From Macrostomum lignano (lineage: Eukaryota), in contig NIVC01000553.1 of the NCBI GenBank assembly GCA_002269645.1, positions 404,554 through 468,553 of the forward strand: DNA of 64,000 nt, read 5' to 3'. How positions within the stretch are numbered: position 1 is the stretch's first letter; each line of letters opens with the position of its first letter. The notes under the pieces were generated by a model. The model did not search any database. It saw only the letters and a program-made list of their open reading frames with translations, and was not told the DNA's origin. Position numbers and translations under genes: made by a program. Positions 22,781-35,200 of this stretch are shown here, piece by piece.

Positions 22781-25454
22781 TTAGAACCCGCTACTTGCGC
22801 CCCCGTTGTCAAGGTAACGCAGTTTGCTGTAGTGCCGCCGGCTCCAAGCTTCGCACAGCACCCGACAGGAGAGCGCGGCCACCACCAAGGTGAAGGCGCA
22901 GCCGAATACCAGAGCGGCTGCCAGGCCACCCACTGTGCGACCCGCTGGCATGAAGCTGACGCTGACGTCCTCAGCGGCCGCTACACCGACAGCGGATGGC
23001 GACTTGCCCGCAGCCGCCACAGCTGACGGTGTTGGGCGAGTCGCGCCAGATTGAGATTGTGTCGAAGCGGATTCTTCGTCTGTTGAATAAGTTAAATGAT
23101 GAAAAAGTAAACGTCATTTTTCTGCATTATACTACTGAAAGTAGGCTAGTTGCCAACACTGACAAGATGCACAGAAATACTGCAGCGTGTACGGGGGTTA
23201 AATAGATTGGCCGGGTCACTTTAGGGCACGGAGGGTTATAAGGGTCATCTAAAGACACGTATGGACATTCGGGAGCACTCAAGGACACAGGGGTATCGGG
23301 GTCACTTAAGGACACGTAGGGGTATCGGGGTCGCTTAAGGACACAGGGGTATCGGGGTCACTTAAGGACACAGGGGTATCGGGGTCACTTAAGGACACGT
23401 AGGGGTATCGGGGTCGCTTAAGGACACGTAGAGGAATCGGAGTCACTTAAGGACACAGGGGTATCGGGGCTTAAGGACACGGGTTATGGGGACACTTAGA
23501 TACACGTAGGGGTATCAGGGTCGCTCAAGGTCACAGGGGTATCGGGGTCACTTAAGGACACATGGGGTATCGGGGTCACTTAAGGACACAGGGGTATCGG
23601 GGTCACTTAATGACACGTAGGGGTATCGGGGTCGCTTAAGGACACATAGAGGTATCGGGGGCACTTAAGGACACAGGGGTATCGGGGTCGCTTAAGGACA
23701 CGTAGAGGTATCGGGGGCACTTAAGGACACAGGGGTATCGAGGGCACTTAAGGACACAGGGGTATCGGGGTCGCTTAAGGACACGTAGAGGTATCGGGGG
23801 CACTTAAGGACACAGGGGTATCGGGGTAACTTAAGGACACAGGGGTATCGGGGTAACTTAAGGACACAGGGGTATCGGGGGCACTTAAGGACACAGGGGT
23901 ATCGGGGGCACTTAAGGACACAGGGGTATCGGGGGCACTAAAGGACACAGGGGTATCGGGGTAACTTAAGGACACGTAGGGGTATCAAGGTCGCTTAAGG
24001 ACACTGAAAACAAAACCCCAGTGACTACTCACAAAGAGAGAAGCAGGTAGTGAATTTATAATTCATTAAAATTACGGTGGGACAGCAAAAATTGTCAAAA
24101 AAATCAAAAGTTCATAAATAATTTCAATCTCAATCACCGTCACAATCTCAACTAAAAATATTGCATTTACAGGGTTAAAATTAATTTGTTAAAATCATGC
24201 TAATACTTTTCGATAAACAGTCTGAAAAAAATATAATTTGGGTATAAAAATTTGGTTTGCGATCATGGAATACGCTGGACTTCAATGAACCAAACTTAAA
24301 TAATGAAATACATATATAATAATATACTATCAAATTAGCTTTCAATCATAATAAGTTTGCTTCAATGTCAAACCAATTAACTAAATAGTTATAGTAATGC
24401 ATTGCAACTAGGATAATTTATTGTGTTAACAAAAACGATAGCTTTACCATTGTGAGCCTGAGACATTGAAGCCTCGTAGGCTTCTGGGTGCTCAGTGATT
24501 ACTGATGTTGATGCACTCTCCTGCTGATGTGGCTTTGAATCTGCGCCTGCATTGCTAGCTGGAGGGCTAAGGGTAGTGCTAGCTGGGGGGCTAAGGGTGG
24601 TGCTAGCTGGAGGGCTAACGGTAGTGCTAGCTGGAAGGCTAATGGAAGTGCTAGCTGGAGGGCTAACGGTGGTACTAGCTGGAGGGCTAAGGGTAGTGCT
24701 AGATAGAGGGCTAACAGTAGTGCTAGTTCGAGGGCTAACGGTAGTGCTAGCTGGAGGGCTAACGGTAGTGCTAGCTGGAGGGCTAAGGGTGGTGCTAGCT
24801 GGAGGGCTAAGGGTAGTGCTAGCTGGAGGGCTAACGGTGGTGCTAGCTGGAGGGCTAAGGGTAGTGCTAGCTGGAGAGCTAACGGTAGTGCTAGCTGGAA
24901 GGCTAATGGGAGTGCTAGCTGGAGGGCTAACGGTAGTGCTAGCTGGAGGGCTAACGGTAGTGCTAGCTGGAGGGCTAAGGGTGGTGCTAGATGGAGGGCT
25001 AACAGTAGTGCTAGATGGAGGGCTAACAGTAGTGCTAGATGGAGGGCTAACAGTAGTGCTAGATGGAGGGCTAACAGTAGTGCTAGATGGAGGGCTAACA
25101 GTAGTGCTAGCAGAAGGGCTAACAGTAGTGCTAGATGGAGGGCTAAGGGTGGTGCTAGTTGGAGAGTTGACGGCAGTGCTAGCACTCTGGCTGCGGGCAG
25201 ATTCACCATCAACACTCCTAACACTAATTGGCAAGCCCATTTCCGATGGCCTTTCTGTGCTGATCGAAATCGCTGGCAAAAAATTGAGTTGGAAGGCACA
25301 AAAATGCTAATTAATTAAATCTGTTTCAAAGCAGGTGGGCGAGATAAATAAGGAATGAAGCATGTCGAAAAGAAAAAAGATTTTTATCGTAATTAATTAC
25401 TAGATAATTGCCAAATTTCGTCTGACTGTCTGTCGTTCTTTGATAATAGCTTTA

Positions 25455-25527
<73 letters not shown>

Positions 25528-25528
25528 A

Positions 25529-25563
<35 letters not shown>

Positions 25564-25574
25564 ATCTGTCTGTT

Positions 25575-25651
<77 letters not shown>

Positions 25652-27971
25652 ATCTTTCTGTCTGTCTGTCTGTCTGTCTGTGTGTGTGTCTTAGTGTCTG
25701 TCTGTCTGTCCATCCATCAGACCCGGCCCTCCCCACTGCAGTCCACTCACCCTCGTTCTTAATCGCCCGCCTAGTAACAATGGCCAAGGCGTTCATATCG
25801 GACGTGTTCTTGAAGACGCACTGGGCAAAGGGCTGGCAGGAGAGCAGGAAGCAGTTGTTGGGGCTGTAGGCTCTGTCAGTGGTGCCGGATTTCTCAGCCT
25901 GCACCAACTCGTAGATGGCCAGTTCGCACTCAGCTGCGGGAGCGGTTTTGAGAGTCGCATTTTATTAGAGACATCGCTTCAGGCAAGGGGTTTAAGGCAG
26001 CTATAAAATAATAGTGCTTTAGGATCTGATTGCACATGCTTCAGAGTGTTTTAGGTCGCATTAGAATTAAAGCTTCAGGTTATGCTTTTTCTAGGAAATC
26101 CCTCAGGTCATTTCAACCTGAAGCTTCAGGTTATGCTTTTTCTAGGAAATCCCTCAGGTCATTTCAACCTGAAGCTTCAGGTTATGCTTTTTCTAGGAAA
26201 TCCCTCAGGTCATCTCTATCTGAAGCTTCAGGTTACGCTTTTTCTAGGAAATCCCTCAGGTCATCTCAATCTTAAGCTTCAGGTTATGCTTTTTATAGGA
26301 AATCCCTCAGGTCATCTCAATCTGAAGCTTCAGGTTACGCTTTTTCTAGGAAATCCCTCAGGTCATCTCAATCTTAAGCTTCAGGTTATGCTTTTTCTAG
26401 GAAATCCCTCAGGTCATCTCAATCTGAAGCTTCAGGTTACGCTTTTTCTAGGAAATCCCTCAGGTCATCTCAATCTGAAGCTTCAGGTTATTGCCTACTC
26501 TAGGAAATCCCTCAGGTCATCTCAACCTGAAACTTTAGGTTATTGAATTTTCTAGGAGATCCCTCAGGTCATCTCAACCTTATTGCCTTTATTGGTTATT
26601 GCCTTTCTAAAAAATATTTCTGGTTATTTCTAAAAATTTAAATTTTGAAAATTATTTTTTTAAGTCCTTTACAAAGCAAGTCCTCCTAAAAGAAAAGTAC
26701 ACAGCAGTCATCAATAATAATAATAAAAGTGCAAACAATACTACTTTTCAAAGGTAGGCAGCGACTACACTTACTGTAAGCAAATTTATATAAGGCACAA
26801 AGTAAATGAGATTACATCAGTCTAATAGCACTTAGGGAGACTCGCTCTGACGAGAGGATTAGCTCACAAACTAGATTCACGTATATGCAGTACGAGCTAC
26901 ACACAGGAGTGAACAGGGGCTGACTGCTGGATTGAGGCAGAAATACCACGGTAAGACTCGACCATTACTTGGTAACTATCTGCTCAGATTTATAATGCTA
27001 GTAAGGGTACTCCAATAGTATGACTGCAGACTCAAGCTTAAGTATTGCCGAGATGGTAAACGGAATACGGAGTCAATTCAACACTTCTGAAACTATTTCA
27101 AAATTTCAGTATGGCGCGTTTCACACTCTCCTTGGCGCCTCTCATACTCAGTATCGCGCCTCTCACATTTAATATGGCGCCTCTAACACTCAATTTGGCG
27201 CCTCTCACACTCAGTTTGGCGCCTCTCAATCTCAATTTGGCGCCTCTCACACTCAATTTGGCGCCTTTCACACATTCCTTGGCGCCTCTCACACTCAATT
27301 TGGCGCTTCTCACTCACCCTGGCGCTTCTAACACTCAAATTATCGTCTCTCAATCTCAGTATGGCGCCTCACACTTATTTGGCGCCTCAATGTCAGTATG
27401 GCGCCTCACACTTATTTGGCGCCTCAATCTTAGTTTGGCGCATCACACTTATTTGGCGCCCCACTCTTATTTGGCGCCTCACACTTATTTGGCGCCTCAA
27501 TCTCATTTTGGCGCCTCTCAAACTCACTTTGGCGCCCCTTATGCTTAACCTGGCGCCTCTCATGCTCAACCTGGTGCCTCTCTTACTCAACTTGGCGCCT
27601 CTCATGTGCAACCTGGCGCCTCTCATGCTCAACCTGGCGCCTCTCTTACTCAACTTGGCGCCTCTCCTGTGCAACCTTGCGCTTCTCATACTCAACCCCC
27701 TAAACAGCCAACAAGAGCAGCATAGCAACCAACCTTCATCACAGCAGGCCTGGGCGCAGGCCAGCTTCTTGTTAGCGCCAGCAACCACAATAGATTTGAT
27801 GTACTTGACAGAAGCTCCGCGAGTCTCCGTAGCGCTCGGATCCAGGGTGGCACCCAGCTTCAGATCGGCCACTCCGCACTTTGCTTTGGCAGCCGAGGGC
27901 AGCGCCGGCGCGGCCTGAGTAGCGCTCGCAAGCAGCATCCAGCTGGCAACCAGAAGCCATAATAACTCCAT
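22781..27971 (-). CDS. MANSC-domain, mucin-stalk type I membrane protein (MANSC1/C11orf24-like), about 514 aa. Exons 27971-27734, 25933-25751, 25272-24448, 23079-22781.
   Basis: All three introns are phase 1 with GT-AG. Signal peptide [20 protein letters not shown]; Cys pattern C...[16 protein letters not shown]...[15 protein letters not shown] typical of MANSC; S/T/P 8-aa repeat stalk; TM segment [24 protein letters not shown]; tail [14 protein letters not shown] resembles my recollection of the MANSC1 tail RKRYSRLDYLING. Confidence 0.8.
23210..24003. repeat. 27-29-bp intronic minisatellite (TTAAGGACACAGGGGTATCGGGGTCAC)
   Basis: Direct reading. Confidence 0.93.
24552..25185 (-). repeat. Coding 24-bp VNTR (ASTTVSPP repeat), about 26 copies, in MANSC exon 3
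   Basis: No frameshifting indels; lies inside a phase-consistent exon. Confidence 0.9.
25455..25710. repeat. (CTGT)n microsatellite
   Basis: Direct reading. Confidence 0.97.
26065..26585. repeat. 51-bp intronic minisatellite
   Basis: Unit AAGCTTCAGGTTATGCTTTTTCTAGGAAATCCCTCAGGTCATCTCAATCTG. Confidence 0.95.
27108..27690. repeat. 20/21-bp intronic minisatellite (TTTGGCGCCTCTCACACTCAA)
   Basis: Direct reading. Confidence 0.92.
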
Positions 27972-28524
27972 CGGCAGGCTTTCAATTATGAGAAGCTCTA
28001 ATTGCGTGATAACTTTTTATAGGAAGGTTACCGGAGAAAAGCAGCTGGAAATTCAATAGGAAACACATTTCACATGTAATAGAAGAAGCCCTACACGATC
28101 GCATGCAGTATAACTTATAGAATAGGTCTCCAGCAACTGGCTGCTACAAGATCAAACACATCTGCTGCATGCAGTTATTCAATATTGAATCTGCTGTGAG
28201 GGAATGCCCCCCCCCCGAGTTGCAGACACTGGGCGGTTTTCTTAATCCGGTCTCTTTCCCTCTACTGAACAAGGAATTTTTTAGCCAGCAAAAATTATAA
28301 AAGGGATTTGACTACACAGATTTCCAATGCTTTTAAGGAAGCCTTTTCTTGCCTTTCCCCAGTTAATCCTTGTGAATGGATTTTTGTCAAGCATTTCTAA
28401 AGAAAGTTCAGATGTACTTTCTTATAAAAGGCGAATTTTTCTCCGCGAAGTCAGCTGTCGAACTAAAAAATGATTGCTGCGATGATGACACACTGAGAGG
28501 CAAATAGGAGACATGGGCTAGCAG

Positions 28525-28722
28525 ATAGACAGACGGACAGACAGACGGACAGACGGACAGACAGACGGACAGACAGACAGACGGACAGACAGACAGACAG
28601 ACACTAAGACAGACAGACAGACAGACAGACACTAAGAGACAGACAGACAGACAGACACTAAGACAGACAGACAGACAGACAGACACTAAGAGACAGACAG
28701 ACAGACACACAGAGAGACAGAC
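28525..28722. repeat. (ACAG)n microsatellite with variant units
   Basis: Direct reading. Confidence 0.93.
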
Positions 28723-29094
28723 AGATCTAATCACCTGCCTGCAAGTACACTGCGTACCTTTAATAACCCAGATTAAGAAGCTGCCATGCAAAAGGCTACC
28801 TAAATGAATACGAGTAGAAAGCAAATAAAATTTCAAGTCAAAAGCGCCAGTGGTTGAAAAATTACACAAGTCACTGGCAACACAGAACTTTCTTTTGTTT
28901 GTTTTCCTCATCTAGCTGAGCACAGTAAAATATCAGCAAAATAAAAATTCAGACTTAACCATAACATTTTCGAATTATTAAACAACAATTTATGGTTAAA
29001 ACAAATGCCAAAAGAAAGTGTTACACCATTTTTTTTTAAAATTCAAGTCAGAAGTTAGTAATCTTTGGTGTATAATAATTCCATATTCTATACA

Positions 29095-32000
29095 AGGTCT
29101 CCCCAATCCAGAATCTAGATGTATAAAACTCCATGATATTGTAGAAACTAGCGCAGGTCTCCCCAATCCAGAATCTAGATGTATAAAACTCCATGATATT
29201 GTAGAAACCAGCGCAGGTTTCCCCAATCCAGAATCTAGATGTATAAAACTCCATGATACTGTAGAAACCACCGGTTTCCCCAATCCAGAATCTAGATGTA
29301 TAAAACTCCATGATAATGTAGAAACCAGCGCAGGTCTCCCCAATCCAGAATCTAGATGTATAAAACTCCATGATACTGTTGAAACCAGCGCAGGTTTCCC
29401 CAATCCAGAATCTAGATGTATAAAACTCCATGATATTGTAGAAACCACCGCAGGTCTCGCCAATCCAGAATCTAGCTGTATAAAACTCCATGATATTGTA
29501 GAAACCACCGCAGGTCTCGCCAATCCAGAATCTAGCTGTATAAAACTCCATGATATTGTAGAAACCAGCGCAGGTTTCCCCAATCCAGAATCTAGATGTA
29601 TAAAACTCCATGATATTGTAGAAACCACCGCAGGTTTCCCCAATCCAGAATCTAGCTGTATAAAACTCCATGATATTGTAGAAACCAGCGCAGGTTTCCC
29701 CAATCCAGAATCTAGCTGTATAAAACTCCATGATATTGTAGAAACCAGCGCAGGTTTCCCCAATCCAGAATCTAGATGTATAAAACTCCATGATATTGTA
29801 GAAACCAGCGCAGGTTTCCCCAATCCAGAATCTAGATGTATAAAACTCCATGATATTGTTGAAACCACCGCAGGTTTCCCCAATCCAGAATCTAGCTGTA
29901 TAAAACTCCATGATATTGTAGAAACCAGCGCAGGTTTCCCCAATCCAGAATCTAGATGTATAAAACTCCATGATATTGTAGAAACCAGCGCAGGTTTCCC
30001 CAATCCAGAATCTAGATGTATAAAACTCCATGATATTGTAGAAACCACCGGTTTCCCCAATCCAGAATCTAGATGTATAAAACTCCATGATATTGTAGAA
30101 ACCACCGGTTTCCCCAATCCAGAATCTAGATGTATAAAACTCCATGATATTGTAGAAACAGCGCAGGTCTCCCCAATCCAGAATCTAGATGTATAAAACT
30201 CCATGATATTGTAGAAACCAGCGCAGGTTTCTCCAATCCAGAATCTAGATGTATAAAACTCCATGACATTGTAGAAACCAGCGCAGGTTTCCCCAATCCA
30301 GAATCTAGATGTATAAAACTCCATGATATTGTAGAAACCAGCGCAGGTTTCCCCAATCCAGAATCTAGATGTATAAAACTCCATGATATTGTAGAAACCA
30401 GCGCAGGTTTCCCCAATCCAGAATCTAGATGTATAAAACTCCATGATATTGTAGAAACCAGCGCAGGTTTCCCCAATCCAGAATCTAAATGTATAAAACT
30501 CCATGATATTGTAGAAACCACCGGTTTCCCCAATCCAGAATCTAGCTGTATAAAACTCCATGATATTGTAGAAACCAGCGCAGGTTTCCCCAATCCAGAA
30601 TCTAGATGTATAAAACTCCATGATATTGTAGAAACCAGCGCAGGTTTCCCCAATCCAGAATCTAGATGTATAAAACTCCATGATATTGTAGAAACCACCG
30701 CAGGTTTCCCCAATCCAGAATCTAGATGTATAAAACTCCATGATATTGTAGAAACCAGCGCAGTTCTCCCCAATCCAGAATCTAGATGTATAAAACTCCA
30801 TGACATTGTAGAAACCAGCGCAGGTTTCCCTAATCCAGAATCTAGATGTATAAAACTCCATGATACTGTTGAAACCAGCGCAGGTTTCCCTAATCCAGAA
30901 TCTAGATGTATAAAACTCCATGATATTGTAGAAACCAGCGCAGGTTTTCCTAATCCAGAATCTAGATGTATAAAACTCCATGATACTGTTGAAACCAGCG
31001 CAGGTTTCCCCAATCCAGAATCTAGATGTATAAAACTCCATGACATTGTAGAAACCAGCGCAGGTTTCCCCAATCCAGAATCTAGATGTATAAAACTCCA
31101 TGATATTGTAGAAACCAGCGCAGGTTTCCCCAATCCAGAATCTAGATGTATAAAACTCCATGATATTGTAGAAACCAGCGCAGGTTTCCCCAATCCAGAA
31201 TCTAGATGTATAAAACTCCATGATACTGTAGAAACCACCGGTTTCCCCAATCCAGAATCTAGATGTATAAAACTCCATGATATTGTTGAAACCAGCGCAG
31301 GTTTCCCCAATCCAGAATCTACATGTATAAAACTCCATGACATTGTAGAAACCAGCGCAGGTTTCCTCAATCCAGAATCTAGATGTATAAAACTCCATGA
31401 CATTGTAGAAACCAGCGCAGGTTTCCCCAATCCAGAATCTAGATGTATAAAACTCCATGATATTGTAGAAACCAGCGCAGGTTTCCCTAATCCAGAATCT
31501 AGATGTATAAAACTCCATGACATTGTAGAAACCAGCGCAGGTTTCCCCAATCCAGAATCTAGATGTATAAAACTCCATGATATTGTAGAAACCACCGCAG
31601 GTCTCCCCAATCCAGAATCTAGATGTATAAAACTCCATGACATTGTAGAAACCAGCGCAGGTTTCCCCAATCTAGAATCTAGATGTATAAAACTCCATGA
31701 TATTGTAGAAACCAGCGCAGGTTTCCCCAATCCAGAATCTAGATGTATAAAACTCCATGATATTGTAGAAACCAGCGCAGGTTTCCCCAATCCAGAATCT
31801 AGATGTATAAAACTCCATGATATTGTAGAAACCAGCGCAGGTTTCCCCAATCCAGAATCTAGATGTATAAAACTCCATGATATTGTAGAAACCAGCGCAG
31901 GTTTCCCTAATCCAGAATCTAGATGTATAAAACTCCATGATATTGTAGAAACCAGCGCAGGTTTCCCCAATCCAGAATCTAGATGTATAAAACTCCATGA

Positions 32001-32284
32001 TATTGTAGAAACCAGCGCAGGTTTCCCCAATCCAGAATCTAGATGTATAAAACTCCATGATATTGTAGAAACCAGCGCAGGTTTCCCCAATCCAGAATCT
32101 AGATGTATAAAACTCCATGATATTGTAGAAACCAGCGCAGGTTTCCCTAATCCAGAATCTAGATGTATAAAACTCCATGATATTGTAGAAACCAGCGCAG
32201 GTTTCCCCAATCCAGAATCTAGATGTATAAAACTCCATGATACTGTAGAAACCACCGCAGGTCTCCCCAATCCAGAATCTAGCT
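29095..32284. repeat. 60-bp minisatellite, about 53 copies, with 57-bp variant units
   Basis: Unit AGGTTTCCCCAATCCAGAATCTAGATGTATAAAACTCCATGATATTGTAGAAACCAGCGC. Confidence 0.98.
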
Positions 32285-32290
32285 ATAGTT

Positions 32291-35200
32291 TCAATCGCCA
32301 GCAGTTTGCCTATAGAAATCCCTGGCGGCCCGTTTCGCGTACTTGGCAACCAGCGATTCGGTGACGTCACTGGCTGGCCAGCACCGACGCAAGCTGTTGC
32401 CAACCGCCCTGGACCAATAGGAGTCGGTCCGTGTCGAGTAACTTTCGACACTTTCCCCGGCAACTACGGGCGGCGGCGGCGGCGTCGCCTCGTGCCCGTC
32501 GTCAGCTTCTGTCGCTTCTTCCTCGTCTTCATCCTCAGCCTCCTCCTCTCCGGCATCCTCATCGGAGCTCTCCGACTCGTCGCTTTGATAGCCAGCAGCC
32601 GCAGTTGGTGGCAGAATCATGCTCCAGCCTTGGCTCAGGTGCTTCAACTCTAACGACTGCAAATCGTCCAGAATTCGAGACCGCTCTCCGACACCCGCTG
32701 CCGCCTGCTGCTCATCGTCACCTTCGTAGATGCCGCCGTACAGGTAGAGCCGATCGTCAAGCACTGCTAGACCGGCGTTGATTCTCTCTAACGGCAGGAT
32801 GCTGGCTGCAGAGACTGCAGCACCACCAGCAGCGACATCATTGCTGCCGAAGTCAATCAGTCGCCAACGTTGCTTGACCAAATCCAGCTGGTAGAGCTCG
32901 TTGAACATCACCCCGGTCAGGCCGTCGTCAGCCTGTTCAATGTCGAACACACCGCCAAAGGTGTACGCTCGGCCGGTGGATGGATTGACTGCACCAGTGA
33001 CGCCGCACCGGCGTGTGGGACGCTGACCGGAGAATTTCACCGGTTGCCAGGCAAACTGTTGGAGCTGGTCGTCTGTTGCTGCGGCGGAGGCGGCTGCTGC
33101 TGCTGAAGATCTTCCTGTAATAAAACAGATGCTCAAGTGAGGGAGATGCTGAGATGCCATGGCTCAAGTGAGGGAGATGCTGAGCTGCCATGGCTCAAGT
33201 GAGGGAGTTGCTGAGCTGCCATGGCTCAAGTGAGGGAGTTGCTGAGATGCCATGGCTCAAGTGAGGGAGATGCTGAGATGCCATGGCTCAAGTGAGGGAG
33301 ATGCTGAGCTGCCATGGCTCAAGTGAGGGAGATGCTGAGATGCCATGGCTCAAGTGAGGGAGATGCTGAGCTGCCATGGCTCAAGTGAGGGAGATGCTGA
33401 GATGCCATGGCTCAAGTGAGGGAGATGCTGAGATGCCATGGCTCAAGTGAGGGAGATGCTGAGCTGCCATGGCTCAAGTGAGGGAGATGCTGAGATGCCA
33501 TGGCTCAAGTGAGGGAGATGCTGAGATGCCATGGCTCAAGTGAGGGAGATGCTGAGATGCCATGGCTCAAGTGAGGGAGATGCTGAGATGCCATGGCTCA
33601 AGTGAGGGAGATGCTGAGCTGCCATGGCTCAAGTGAGGGAGATGCTGAGATGCCATGGCTCAAGTGAGGGAGATGCTGAGCTGCCATGGCTCAAGTGAGG
33701 GAGATGCTGAGATGCCATGGCTCAAGTGAGGGAGATGCTGAGATGCCATGGCTCAAGTGAGGGAGATGCTGAGCTGCCATGGCTCAAGTGAGGGAGATGC
33801 TGAGATGCCATGGCTCAAGTGAGGGAGATGCTGAGCTGCCATGGCTCAAGTGAGGGAGATGCTGAGATGCCATGGCTCAAGTGAGGGAGATGCTGAGATG
33901 CCATGGCTCGTGGATCGAAGCTGACAGAAACGAATATACATGTACTATTGGATCTAATTTCTCATTTAACTAGAAAATAGCACATACTGATATTAAACAG
34001 AACGCTTACTCTCTAGTTAAGGTCATACAACCCACGAGGAGACTCTTATGCTAGTCTACAAATACTAAAAATATCATACGCTCCTAGCATTTTGAAAATA
34101 GTTTATCTTCATCAAGGAGAAATCCACGAAAGTCAAAGCACCGTCCTGTGTGTCTGATTAACGAGGCTGAGCCCGAAAATCATAAAGAAAAGTTATAAGG
34201 TCATATTTCACAGTTCTTTAATGAATAATTTTGGGCTTGAAAGTGCGGGCAACCACGCAAAAAATGATATAGATAAGGATGAAAGCAAACTCATACAAAG
34301 AGATGACAAATCCTCTGGGATAAAAGGAGGCAAACAAATGGGAAACAAATGGGAACTAGAAGGTACCACAGGACTGAATACAAGGGGCATAAAATAAAGA
34401 TGAAAATAAGATCAGAGAGGGGAGATTACATTGAATAGAATTAAGATGAGATTTAAGAGGTTAAGAGATGAAACTAAGACAAGACTCGAGAAATATGAGA
34501 TGAGATCTGAGAGAATATAATATAAGGTTTAAAATGCAAGGGATAAGATGCGTCAAGAGATAAGATGCGAGAGGAGATGAGATGCAAGAGGAGATGAGAT
34601 GCGAGGGGAGGGGAGATGAGATGCGAGAGATGAGATGCCAGAGGAGATAAGATGCAAGAGGAGATGAGATGCGAGAGGAGATGAGATGCGAGAGGAGATG
34701 AGATGCAAGAGGAGATGAGATGCCAGAGGAGATAAGATGCGAGAGGAGATGAGATGCGAGAGGAGATGAGATGCGAGAGGAGATGAGATGCCAGAGGAGA
34801 TGAGATGCCAGAGGAGATAAGATGCGAGAGGAGATGAGATGCGAGAGGAGATGAGATGCCAGAGGAGATGAGATGCCAGAGGAGATAAGATGCGAGAGGA
34901 GATGAGATGCGAGAGGAGATGAGATGCCAGAGGAGATAAGATGCGAGGAGATAAGATGCGAGAGGAGATAAGATGCGAGAGGAGATGAGATGCGAGAGGA
35001 GATGAGATGCCAGAGGAGATAAGATGCGAGGAGATAAGATGCGAGAGGAGATGAGATGCAAGAGGAGATGAGATGCGAGAGGAGATGAGATGCCAGAGGA
35101 GATAAGATGCGAGGAGATAAGATGCGAGAGGAGATGAGATGCAAGAGGAGATGAGATGCGAGAGGAGATGAGATGCAAGAGGAGATGAGATGCGAGAGGA

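Noticed and set aside
28996-32463. Very long ORFs (880, 714, 392, 365, 263 aa) over the 60-bp array, as a repeat-protein gene
   Set aside because: These are translations of a stop-free unit on both strands. A 1-bp deletion near 30159 switches frames, a TAG arises near 31672, and there is no splice or start context.
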